DNA of 64,000 bases from Saccostrea cucullata (lineage: Eukaryota), in the NCBI RefSeq assembly GCF_032062105.1, contig NW_026920828.1, positions 62,001 through 126,000 on the forward strand. Direction: 5' to 3'. A program made the position numbers and the translations under genes. Below, piece by piece: positions 11,945 through 24,934 of the stretch. The notes below the pieces were generated by a model, which saw only the letters and a list, made by a program, of their open reading frames with translations, had not been told where the DNA came from and searched no databases. Positions within the stretch are counted from its first letter, which is position 1. Each line of letters begins with the position of its first letter.

Positions 11945-12965
11945 CATCTTCTGTCGACCGGTCACAGCCACCGTGTGATCCTTGTCATGATCGGGTATCC
12001 GAAAATCCGTAGATAATTCAGTATCAAAAAATGGTCTAACAATTTGCGTGAAAAACATCAGTCAACATTTGGTATGATGATAGATGCTGTTGCTGACAAG
12101 TCATTGTATCGATCGACAATAGAAATTACGAAATATAGACTTTAAACGATGGTCTTGATAACAAACGCAATCTATTGTAAAGTCGTGTGTCTCAATTTTC
12201 ATGGGTACCAACTGCCACCGGCCCATTAATTATAAGCAAATATATTTTTGAATTTATATGAAGCAGAATTTATTTACAAATATGTGCTGTGGCCTTCAAC
12301 TCGATATACAGATATATCGACAAGGTATTATCAATTAAGAATAGTTACTTCCATTCATATGTCGATTCGATATATTCCCGTGATCTTTAAATGAAAGACC
12401 CCATGGAGTCTGACACAGTTGTTTTATATTTGAACTTTTAACTAGAAAAAGACGTTAGTTTGAAACTAACAACAAAACTTTATGATAAACGTAATCACTT
12501 CACGTTTCCCTAATTATGTAGCAAAATGCCTTATCACCAATATTTGGGGTTTCCGTCTCCCAGTTCATTCGATATGCAAGAACATTCGCTACTTACATGA
12601 TGCAAGCTATTTATCAACAAGTTGATGAAACAAGTATATCAGCAGACTCTTTTACAGTCATCATTTCGTAAGTTCTATGTTCGATACAATGAGCTGATCA
12701 GCGGATGCAATCTTTCATTATGTCATATGATAACTAACGTTTTGTTATACTAATTGTAAGACTATTTTGCACACTGAAATCTACGGATTTTTCCTTTTAG
12801 GCCTACCTGATCATAACAAGGAGCACACTGGGATGTGACCGGTAGACAGGAGATGCTATCTCCTCCATGGCACCTAAATTCTCTGCTATTTTTTAGGTCC
12901 ATGTTCTTCCTACTCCCGCTTTGCATTTTTCAAATAGACTTTAAATTTGAATACTGATTGTTATC
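11945..12965. mobile_element. Inverted pair of Penelope-like (Naiad-type) 3' fragments: 11945-12150 (-) and 12195-12965 (+)
   Basis: The plus part carries decayed RT motifs (MGTNC, YID.VLSI, TKLYDKR) and then the conserved 3' module; the left part is the same 3' region on the opposite strand. Confidence 0.8.
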
Positions 12966-15077
12966 CCTGATCAACTTGTATTTCATCAGTCGTTTGTAAT
13001 TTTCAAACTTTATTTGAAAATCATTCTTTTTAGACATGCAATCTATGTTAAAATTTTAAAATGAATTCTCACATAAACCCATATCATTTTTTGTCCACCA
13101 CACATCAATACTCTTATGCAGTATTTTGATTTTATATTCTTTTGTGCAGAAAAACACTATGTCTTCCATTTGACATCTTATTTCAGTTACATTGTATTTG
13201 CTACTTGCATATATATTCTTATGCGCATTACATATTACATTTTTTATTTTCTTTCATAGAAATAATTATATGCACCTTAGATTGATGAAGACATTTTCCC
13301 CCTTAAGTCTTTGCAAAGAAATATACTTTGTAAAGCAACCATAGTCACTACACTGAGCTGAAAACTGTCTAAAACGGTCTCTGCTCAGAAGATGAAAATG
13401 AGGGCGTATGTAACAAATGCGCTTCTTTATAAATTTTTGCTGCAGAACCAATGTAAAAGATGTGGTATTGTTATCTGAAAAGGACACGTCTTTTTACGCA
13501 AAGTGTTCGGATGGATAAAAAGATCCAAATAATGGATGGTGTTACAAGTTTGCAATTGAACTGGACAATCAAAATCTGTTTGGACACCAAAAAAGAAAGA
13601 ACAAAATAAAAACATTTTGCTTATTATTGTAAAGAGAAGCCAGAGCTCTAAAATAGAAACACAGAGGTCCGATAATACATGAAACCATATCCAATGGAAG
13701 AGCTATCAGTGATTTATCTCATGAAATTAATACAAAGAAGAAAGTTTCTTTCAGATAAGTCCAAACGCTTGTACCTGGGTTAATGTTCTTGGGTCTGACA
13801 ACTTTATGACAAATATAAGCTTGGAAATAAAGGACGTTTTGCTGTGGTATTCATGTTGTGTATACAAAAACCCGAGACATTTTTTAAGGTTATCTTTGGC
13901 AGTCTTGAAGGATTTAAAATTTCAAGAAAATGCTTCTTGTGCATTTTCTTATTTTAATACAATTATATTGCATTACTAATTGAAAGTATGTCTGTTGAAT
14001 GCTATTTGTCCATTTTCATGAGGGGAATATTTTTCAAACTGATTTTGTCATAGAAAGTACTATAAATGTCTTTCATTTATGTGTTTCATGATCATTTTTG
14101 TGCAGTCATTGTTTTATATTGACTTGCAGTATTAAACGCTTTAGAATATATTTTTTTTAAAAACACTTCGAAATTTAAACGTTTTCCAATAATGATAAAT
14201 GATCAATATAATATAAGGAAAAATAGAGAATCATAGGTCTTCAAAAGAAGCAAAATTAAAAAGATTTTAGATTAATTATAAATGATATCAATTAATCATA
14301 CACCTCAATTCCTGTATATAAATAAGGACAAGGCTGAAAAAATGACAGAAACACTTAAATTGCATGTGTATAAACTTTTAATGTTCAATCGGATTTGCCT
14401 CTATCATAAATAGTGAATATAATAGTAATGTTATTTACTTTTTTATTTATTTGTTTAATAGAAATAAGAAAATATATTTTCACTAATTGAAATTAATTAA
14501 CACAAGCTTAATTAATTCATAAAATTTTAAGGAAGTTGTGATTACTATGTAAATTTTACCAGATACAAAATAATGTCATGAAAACAATTCATGGAATTTA
14601 ATTCAACAAACGTTCTAGTAGAACTTCACAAAATAATTCAACCGTATATGTCACAATGGCTTTATTTAATAAACATTTATAAACCATTATTACCGCAAAA
14701 TGCATTCATCGCGTGGCTTTGGGATGATATGACAGGTATTTTAGTTTTGCTTTTTGTGGCAAATTCCGACACAACTGAACCAGTGACTTTTCACCACACC
14801 GATATTAATCTTGTTGACTGAGCCATTGTCTTATTGTAGTCCTTTGTACCGAGACATAAGACTTTCCGGATATTCTTCCGCTTGTTGACGTAGGCGTGAA
14901 TTGCCTCAATGCAGAAGTGACTGTTTTTCAGTTATTAATAGTTTGCTCTTAAGTTTCACGAGATGTGAAATTGGACAACAGTGCATAAAAGTACTAAATA
15001 CATTCTTGCCAGAATGAACATTTAAACAGGAAAAAAACCTGAATCTGTTCACTTCGGAATTTATTAACTGAGTAAAT

Positions 15078-18000
15078 ATGAAAGATTACTGTGATCACCA
15101 GGAACACAAACGGGCTTCATCCTCCTCCCTGCAGGAGTCTGAAGTAAAACTCCGCAGGAAAGAAAGAGTGCCGAAATGTTGTGTAGTGGGGGACGGAGGC
15201 ACGGGGAAGACCAGCATGATGATGAAGTACACTCTGGGGAAAATACTCTCAGACTACCAACCAACCTGCTTTGAAAATTACACAAGTAAGTTTACATGGA
15301 ATTCATTCAAATATTAAGATTCGTTCTATTGTGTACCAATTGTTCATAATCTACTCTACATATTGATTTTCAATGTTACTAGTAATGGTTATGTATACCT
15401 TAACCTAGAACGATTATGGGTGACATATAAAATTTTGTTCAATCAAATTCATGTATGATGAATAAAATGTATATGAACTATATAAATATGAAATAAGATG
15501 TTTTAAAGTAATACAAAACCAGTTAACTGATGATCAATTCAAAAATCAAGATTCTAAATACAGCATAAATGATATGATGTTGAACTCATATTGTTCTATA
15601 TGAATGAAGATCAGCCAAAGATTGATTTGAGAATTAGGGACTAAAATATCTTAAGTAGATTTTTATATTTGAGTATGGGTTGGTACATTGTTAAAAAAGA
15701 TAGATAAATAGTAATTTCCGTGCATTGTGTTATCACGAGAAGTTCATTTATTTTTACTCATGTACAGATTCTTATTTTTGAAAAAATACAAGCTTAAGAT
15801 TATTTTTAGAACTGAGTGTAATATTCCCCGTATTAAATGAAAATATTTATCTAATTCAATTCAAAATTAAAATAAGAATTAAAAATAGAAGTTTTAGCAA
15901 TCATTTATTTAAAACAGAAAAAACCGAGAATCGCAGTTTTAACAGTAAGATTTTTTTTAATCCTGAAAGACAGAAACTCCCGGAAGTGTAATTAATATAA
16001 TTGATGTTAAACAAAGAACACATGTAATGCCAAAATGTCAAAAAAATTACGTAATAAACAAAAATAATCATAAGCTGTATTGCATTGCTATATCTTGTAT
16101 TGAATCAATGGGCAATGTAATATTTATTCACCAGTAAAATGTACCTCTGTAGACATATGTAGACCCTTTGGGTTAAATCTGTTTTATTATTCAATTTCAT
16201 TGTCTGATTTGCACCTGAAGCATACAACTTTTGTCAGGTTTCTAATGTCTCGTTGAATGCTGCACAGGTAAATTCCAAATAATTTCACAGGTGTGTCGAT
16301 TATGCATTTCTGAAGGAGCACAATTAAGTTCATTTCTGACGGCACCCGCTACAATATTCATGTCATTGTGATTATTTTAACTACTAATTCATGTCAAGTC
16401 AATCATATCTACTCTTATAATACTCTCCATCAGAATACGGTGCACGTAGGAACGATGATCTTAATTTCTGGGAGAATGCTACACATACATGTACTTTTCA
16501 CAATCAATTTTGGTTCAAAAACGGAAGTTGAGGCTTTTTCACATCAGTTTTTGTTAAAAATTGAAATTTTCTACATTTGTTTTGAATATTCGGGAATTTT
16601 TTTTTAAAATGCAATCCTGAAGAAATTTATATATCTTATTCGTTCTTTCCTTGTAAATCTCAGCTCTACTTCAGAACAGCCGGAATAAGAGTATATCACA
16701 CACATACTATGATAAGTATCAGGGTACACTTCCTGTCTCAGTCGACATTTACATGGTCCCTAAAGTTCATACAAGGTCAGGATTTCCGCTTCCCTGGTGT
16801 TTCTGTTATCTTAGGTTAGACACTCTCCTGATTTCTTTTATAGAATATTAAATCCTTCTTTCTTATAGATCGTGGCATCTGAAGAACTTTTTAAATGTAA
16901 AACGTTCAAAAGTATTTCATCTGACTGTCTTGTTAAATCAAAATAAAATATTGTACTTGTAGTAAAATGACCGAATTCCTGTACTTAAGATAGGAACATG
17001 ATTAAAGCACTAATAAATCTTATACGGCGTCAACTGACAAATATCTTAAATAATAATGCCTGATCAAAGAGTCACCTTTTTGATAAATATAAATGCGATA
17101 TTAATAGTTTTATTTGTCAAGGAATTTCTGCCCATTCATTATCACAGTCAGTATTATTTCTCCTCTTGCACTGTTAATTATGATATAGTTAAGATTTTAC
17201 CTTGAGCAAAGAATAAATTTCTCTTTTTTACGTTTTTGGCAAGATGAAATAACAGACATATGGTGTGTCCCAGTGACTTGTATAAGTGTCTCTCATTCAT
17301 TCAGATCTGAGGGCGTCTCCCGTGTAGAGTTATTAATGAATGTTAAGTGATGACATCATAGAAGAATTATGTTACTAGTGTGTACTTATATACAACACTT
17401 AGTATCACATATATCTACCTATCCAGAGCTAAAATTTAAAGTTTTTGTAAAACATTTTATTATCTGATTTGACACTGATATGCATGTATACACAGATATT
17501 ATATGACATTGAAGCCAATGAAATTTAAAACTACTTTTTTTTAATTGTTTGAATTTTGCATCATGTACTCATGTCGAAATTTAGTACATGTAGAAATTTT
17601 TAATTAAAATGATTTTGATAGTATGTATGCCTATTTATATTTTGTTGAAAGGAAAGATTATAATAAACTTTTCAGAATCTACATAAACATTGCAATATTT
17701 ATACAAAAAATAACAGGAACAAAAGCATGATAAAAGACTCCGTAATGCGTTGTTTATTTGAATTTTTAACACAAGGAAATACAGAGATTGGGTCACTTGT
17801 AAATACAAATCATTTAGTTTATGTGGTAACAAGGAAAAGATTGCATAAATAAATTTTTTTTTTCCGTTTCGATTTTTATTATTTTTAGTTTATGTTTGTG
17901 AGATTTGAGAACACGATTTGGAGCATCGAGTTAATATATTCCTGTTCACGTATACCACAAATTAATTTTTTTAACAAAGTGATAAAAAAAAAAGCTGATC

Positions 18001-18260
18001 GGATGTTTAGTGGGATGTTAACTAGGGTGTGTTTATAAGCAAATGAGAATATAAACCATAAAACTGAAAAGATCACTGATGTATGGTGGACGAAAGAAGA
18101 TATGTGTTTATTTGAGAATTGAGAATACGTGCAAAGTCTAAACATAGATCGCACGAGTATAAAGAATGGTGTTCAAGTTAATTCTAAAAAAAATTAGATT
18201 TAACAAACTCGATTTTAGAGTTTTTAGAAACCGGACTTTGGTTATTGATTGTTGGAAACG

Positions 18261-18295
<35 letters not shown>

Positions 18296-18320
18296 CACTA
18301 AAAATGACCAACGACACGAA

Positions 18321-18352
<32 letters not shown>

Positions 18353-18465
18353 TTGTTCGTGTCGTTGGTCATTTTTAGTGCTTTATATAAATTTCCATCC
18401 GTGACCTTGTATCTACTTGGTAGATCCGACATTTAGGATATACAGTGTTGTTGGTTTTTTAGTGC

Positions 18466-18555
<90 letters not shown>

Positions 18556-19954
18556 ATTCCTGGTCTTTCGGATGAGACCGTATAAAACGAGGTCCCGTGG
18601 CGCACGGAAAAGATCCCTCACTGCTCAATGGCCCCGAGTTTCGAGTATAGGTATATATTTCCAACCCTCTAAGGCAAAGGGGATGGGACGTCTCCATACG
18701 AGCGAAAAATTCGTGAGAGGGGCGTTTAACTACAAACAGGAAAAAGATTTCATTTATTCTTAACCAGGTTCTTGAAAAGAAAATTTTTGATTGACACACC
18801 CCATTTCTTAATCACTGTAAAATTGCATATTTTTGTTGTGCCAAATAATTTAGGTTTGAGGTAAAAATATTTTTGTGGGAATTGGATTTCGTGAATGGAA
18901 AATGTTTATTAGTAATGTATTCAAAAAAAAAAATACATTTCAAGGTGGTTATAAATTCGTGGGTCTCTCCATACCTCAAAATCAACGAAAATAACCCCCT
19001 CCGGAAATTAGTGATTTAAATTCACAGCACCTCTTATTAAAAGAGAATATGGCCTTTTTAGCAAAGGATATATTTAAAATTAGCTCCGTGGCTCTAGAGA
19101 AGATGAGCTAAAGAGTACATTTTTTAAAAAAAATATCTCACGAGTCAGCAAGATCTTGGTTTCCTCTTGCTGCTTCGTATCAGAAAAGATAGTTTTATAC
19201 GAGGAACAAGGATCTTTCTCACTCCATTAATGGCATACATTTATTATACTTAGATATTTGATCATTACAGATTAGTTTTCATTAATTTAAATCATTATGA
19301 TATATTACAGTTGATGTACGGGATGGAGAGAACACACACCAACTTTGTGTACTAGACACTGCTGGTCAGGTAAGTTGTCTAGCACTTCAGTATAACGACT
19401 ATGGATTTATAATTGTTGTTTATTGTAATTTATGTTTGGATTTAATTTTAATTAAATAATCTGAAAAATTAACTTTGAAAAATATGAATGAAATTAATTT
19501 CTATGGTTTTCGGTAAGACTATATATTTGATATTTACTCGGTCTGTTTTCAGGAAACATATGATCGACTTCGAACTTTGGCATACTCCGATACAGATGTG
19601 TTTGTTGTTTGTTTCTCTGTATATGACAGTGACTCGTTTGAAAACGTTAAACAGAAGTGGATTCCAGAAATTAAACAATTTAAACCTGACACCCCGTTTT
19701 TCATTGTGGGGACACATACAGACTTACGTCATTCCGTGGTAGACATTACAAACGATTGTATCAGTACGTCTAAAGGGAAGAAGTGTGCCAAGAAGTGGGG
19801 AGCTATGAAGTATCTAGAGTGCAGCTCGATAGATGGGTCAGGGCTTGACGAAGTGTTCCAGTTAGCTTACTCAGCAGCAGTTTCTCCGAAAAAGAAACGA
19901 CAAACATGGAAAAATTTCAAAGACGCTTTCAGAAGACGCACCATGAAGTTTTAG
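15078..19954 (+). CDS. Atypical Rho-family GTPase 1 (RhoU/RhoV-like), 222 aa, no CAAX
   Basis: Exons 15078-15285, 19311-19369 and 19553-19954 with GT-AG introns join in frame. Motifs: GDGGTGKT, YQPTCFENY, DTAGQETYDRLR, VVCFSV, KWIPEI, GTHTDLR, YLECSS, tail PKKKRQTWKNFKDAFRRRTMKF. Confidence 0.9.
18266..18553. repeat. (TA)n microsatellite interrupted by a perfect inverted repeat with a poly-T spacer
   Basis: Arms TATATAAAGCACTAAAAATGACCAACGACACGAACAAT and its exact reverse complement (about 18287-18389); a third degenerate arm at 18445-18473; TA runs on both sides. Confidence 0.85.
18555..18740 (+). mobile_element. 5'-truncated SINE with a Deu/Nin-type central domain
   Basis: GGTCTTTCGGATGAGACCGTATAAAACGAGGTCCCGTG resembles the Deu/Nin-domain core from memory; the 3' end is shared with 7626-7710. 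Confidence 0.6.
18814..19028. mobile_element. Degenerate MITE-like element
   Basis: CTGT...ACAG ends with repeated TTTCGTG/ATTCGTGG and (A/C)ACGAAAAT-type sub-motifs; weak support. Confidence 0.35.
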
Positions 19955-21764
19955 TGCAATATAAGTACAAATTGTTTATTGATATGTTGACATTATACAG
20001 ATTTTGTATATTTTGATTGTTTCCGTTTATTGTTGTGTTACCAGTACGACAATGTTTATGGTACAAGTGCTATTTCACGAAATCCACAAATGAAACAAAT
20101 TGTATTGTCTGTTAATTTTGAAATAAATACTGTTTTGAAAAAGTATAACTTTGCATGTATTTTAAAAACGTTGGGTGTGGATGATCAGTGGGAGATGCTT
20201 ATTCCTCGTTGGGTCCTGATCCCATCTCTTTGTTTCCAGATGACCCGTATTTTTGTCCTGTTCACAGTTCCTCTTTAAGATTGTAATTATTTCTTACTTG
20301 TTTTAATGTAACAGAGAATGCAGGGAAATCTTTGAAAAAGTCCACAGAACATTAGATCCCGTATCATTGTAATTTACGGGTATATGTTTACTTTAGTTTA
20401 TTCAGAAATTTATTTATATAATTTGCAAAGTAGCTGATTATTACCTTGACAATGATTAATAAAAAGAGAATCTTCATATTTTATTTATTTCGGATGAACG
20501 AAGAAAATTTCTTCCTTAAGGTTCCTTATACTGAAATATGTTATATGTACGGAAAATGATTATTTGGAATCAATCTGTTGGTTCTTGCCAGCAAAGCTAT
20601 AGATACCGTCATTCTTTATCATTAAGAAGTCCTCCTTATTTTAAATGGAGTTTGCATCCTATTTTTGCTTCAGACATTCCCTGACTCTTGCTTCGAATAT
20701 CTAAGAGAAGTCAAGCTCAGAATTCTATTGAAACAATACAAGTTGGGACCAGAGCAAACACGGGTCCTAAACATCATAGGTTAAAAAAGATGTCAATAAG
20801 GTGAAACCATCTCCTGTCACACTCGCCATGTGCTCGTTATTCTGATTAGGATAATAGGAGAACCGTTGTGCAAGTAATTGTTTAACAATTAATTGGTATG
20901 TAAAACACTACCCAACACCCAAGTCAAAAAGTAGTAGGGAAATTCTGGTGGTGGTTTTAATGACCTTTTATGCAACTTCAATGCACCATTGGGTCGCTTT
21001 CTGAGTGAGATCATACTAATATTTATCTATTTTTTTTAAATTATGATTTGGCATTGCAGGAATAATTTATTCCAATCCATACAAAGGGCTCACGGCAGAT
21101 ATGAACTGTCAGTAGGGGATTTTTCTCTTTTAAGGTTCTTGACTTATTCTCTCGTGCTTCTAGAAGTATATGCATTATAGTATTTACATGAATTGACCTC
21201 AATTCATATATTTTCAAGACAAATTCAGTGATGTCCACGTGATTAAGAAAGAATCATACTAGATAATATTCTGTTGTAAAGCAATTACTGCAAAAGTGAA
21301 AACCGATATAGTATGTATTGTATTAAGTAAATCAAACAAATCTTGCTTTTTTTCAAAGGTATTTATTTTTAATAAATCTACTCCAAAGTTTTAATACAGG
21401 GCTTTTTTCGATGATAAAACTAAAATTTTAATTTAAAAAAAACAAACTAAAATGAAGTATTATATTATAAAAATTCAAGCAACTATACTATACTATATGT
21501 TTCAGGCCAACAAATGCAAAGAAAGGTAACTCAAAATTAAAAATTCTCACAAGTCACAAAGTTAGTTACCAATGGCATGTTCTTTTCAAAACTCATCATG
21601 TTAAAAGTATTTTATGGCGTAAATTGTCAAATAGAAAATATTTTCAGGAAACTTGAATAAAATCACCATATTGTCATATTAAAAGAAATATCAACAACAA
21701 CTAAAAAAAAGAATCTAATTGTCATTGGATTATTAGTTATTTATAAATTGAATAAAGAAACACA

Positions 21765-24240
21765 TGGAGATAACAAACAGTATTCAAGATCGAAAGTCCA
21801 TAAAACAATACAAAATAGGAGCAGAGCAAACACGGACCTCCAAAATATCAGAGGTGGGATGGATAAGGTGCCATTGATGAGATACACCCCTTGTCGAACA
21901 GTCACACCAGCCGTGTGCTCCTTGTCATGATCGGGAAATAACGAATATCCGTCGTCAATTCAGTGTATAAATAATGGACTAACAATTAGTATGAAAAACG
22001 TCAGTCAGCGTTTTATTCAATGATAATGTATTTGCTGACAAGGTCATTGTATCGACCAAAGAACTTACGAAATGATTACTTTAAAGCAGACTGCTGATAT
22101 TCTTGTTTCATCAACTTGTTGGTCAATAATTTACCTCGTTTTAGAAATTGTTCATACGTAGAGCATGCTCTTGCGTATCAAATCATCTGAGATACATAAA
22201 TTCTGTATGCAGGTGATGAAGGTATATTGCTGAATAAGTAAGGGAAAAGCCGATAGAAAAGTTAAAGTCATCACTTTTATCATAGAGCTTCGTTGTTAGA
22301 TTGACATTAACGTCTTTTTCAAGTAAAATATTCTTATATGAAACAGATGAGATAGACTCTGTAATATCATTTATCTTAAGCTCACCAGGATATATCGTAT
22401 CGACATTAGAATGGAAATTACAATTATTGATTGACAATACGTCGTCGATATATCTAAATGTCGAGTTGAAGGCCAAGCAAGTATTTTCTTCTTTTCACGC
22501 ATAAGATTTTGCACAAATTCTGTTTCATATGAATACATAAATAGGTCTGCTAAAAACGTGGCGCAGCTGGTACCCAAGGGAATTCCAAAAGATTGTTGGA
22601 AGACCTGCACAACATATATATTGTCAATCAGAAACTCAATTATCTTTTTGATGTCGACATCAGAGTACTTGTGTGTACAATCAGAATGTTTTTTATCAAA
22701 ATAATTTTGCAAATGACCAGGTAAGTAAAATAACGAGTTCTATTTTTATTGAAAAAGCAGCTGTCAATGATATTAAAAAGCATGGACTTTAATTTATCGT
22801 AGGGAATGGTTGTGTATAAAGTTGAAAAGTCGGAAGTTTTTAAGCTGTTGATTTTGGTAAAATCTTGTGATTTCAAATTGTCTAAAAGTTCCTTGAAATT
22901 TTTACGTATCCACATCTGATTTAACCACTCCTTGAATATATTGTTGCACTCTTGAAGTTTTTCATTCACTACTGTTAATATGAGGAGTAAAGAAAGAGAC
23001 TTGGTTGAACATTTACTGGAACTGTCTATGTATCTTTGGAAGCATTCTTATGAAGTATCGGAATCCAATATAAATATGGTCGTTCAAAATCATTTTGGTT
23101 CTTCGGGATATTAAAAATATTCAAAATTGACATATGATTTTGAGGTATTTCCTCCTTAGAAAGGGAACTATGAGTATAAGTTGGATTGCCACTTGTAGAA
23201 TTAAATCCAAGTTCTTTTAAAATACAATTTTGTTGAGACTTGCAAACAAAGACAATGGTGTTACCCGCTTTGTCAGCAGGGACCGTGTAATTTATCTAAT
23301 TATTTATTCACTTCTGGATTATTGAATACAGAAGGATAGATAGTTTTCATATTGCCCCTCAATCTTTTAATACGCGAGTTCAACATGGACCTGATACATT
23401 TAATCCATTATGACAAGGTGTCAACGTCTTCTTTTTCATATCTGGCCTATCGCCTGGCATTATCTTCAAAGGAATCCATAATATTTATGAAATTCTGACG
23501 CCCGTTCAAGGATCAGGGTTCTCTATATTTAGAATCTTTTAAAATAAGTGATGTAAGGTCCTCATTAGTAACTATATTTACGTCACCTGTAATAACGTGT
23601 CCAGCAGGACTATAGTTATAGAGCGACGAAGAAAATGTTTCATATACTCGGTATCCAGGTTGTGTAAAGTTTTTTTGTAATTTAAAAGTTTTGAAGCAAT
23701 GGTCGATTTATATTTGTAGGAAATACAAGGTGTAGTCTTTAACTTGAAATATGGTGGAATACAAGACTGGACCCTTTTGTGATTAAGAATATTACTTATA
23801 TTAACTGCGTGAATTCCTTTATTGGCATATTGAAGTTTAAGGGAAAGACATATTGTTTAGCTGCATTTTCTTCGATAATACGTGTGGGTTTAAAAAGCCT
23901 ATGACTTGCAATATCAATAATCACAGATCCGAGTCTATTTTCTGGTGTCGAGGAATCAAACAATGGGTTTTCCTTGATTTTTTCAAGAAACTATTTAAAG
24001 TTTCAAAGGGACAGAGTAAAGTTTGGAGCGAATATGATGTAGACCTAACGTTTGAATAACATAAGGTAGTTATTAATAAAAAGAGACATTATGTAGTAAA
24101 GGTTTATTGTAAGACCGATGCCCATGACTCCGCTTACGTCTCTGTGTATGGTTAAAATGTCCCATCACATTTACACTGTTACACTGTGGACTGGAAAGAT
24201 TTCCAACGCTATCGACATTGTCATTACATCCATAATATAA
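21765..24240 (-). mobile_element. Decayed, 5'-truncated Penelope-like retroelement of Naiad type (C-terminal RT)
   Basis: Frameshifted minus-strand motifs in order: YGCNDNVDSVGNLSSPQC...RRKRSHGHR; SPAGHVITGDVNIV...KYREP; PADKAGNTIVFVCK; PYLYWIP.LHKN; DFSTLYTTIP; GIPLGTSCA..LADLFMYSYE; FRYIDDVLSINN; KLYDK.DDFNFSI. The 3' module follows, with no endonuclease after the RT. Confidence 0.85.
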
Positions 24241-24934
24241 ATTGTTCAACATTCGATGAAAAAACTGCTCAAAAATTTACATAGAAGCTAAATTTATGAT
24301 GGACTATCTATTTTTATGGACGGATATTTCGAAGAAAATTCTGCATATCTGCACATTTATTCAATTTCATATCTTGAAACTTTAGCCTCACATACTTTTA
24401 CTCGGAGAATATTTTTCCGTTATGATATGCTAGGAAAATCAAATATGGGTCTCAATTTATGTTTTTAGAACAATTTTTTCACCTTCCCTCAACAAACTTT
24501 GCCGAAAATGAATATTTCAGGGAAAAAAATTTTAAACTAAGAGGTATCAAGTTTGCTCTTTTATGAGGTACAAATATCAATGATATTCCAACCTCAGTTG
24601 CATACGACCTTTTTGACTCCCAGCTTAACTCTTAACTTCTTCCCTCAAGAGCATGCTCCGAATACGAATAATTTTTAAACCAAGACAATTGCAAGATGCA
24701 GTGCGGAAAATAAATTAGTATTACAAGAATCAATAAACCTATTCAATGTCAGCTTTTTGCAATGACCTTGATTGTAAAGATGTATTATTGCTTGATTTGT
24801 TTTAAATCAATTTTTAAAACTTGGCAGATTATTTCATCTTTTACATTATTTGTTTTACACTTTTCGTATTGTCAATCCTTTTATTCTAAGTTTACTAAAT
24901 TATCCGTCTATCAAGTCAATATAAAGGGTTTACG

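Noticed and set aside
21765-24240. Selenoprotein-type Naiad (in-frame TGA as Sec)
   Set aside because: This copy is riddled with frameshifts and mixed stops; the TGA examined (after KYREP) is better explained by CpG decay of CGA; no SECIS recognised. A family consensus would be needed.
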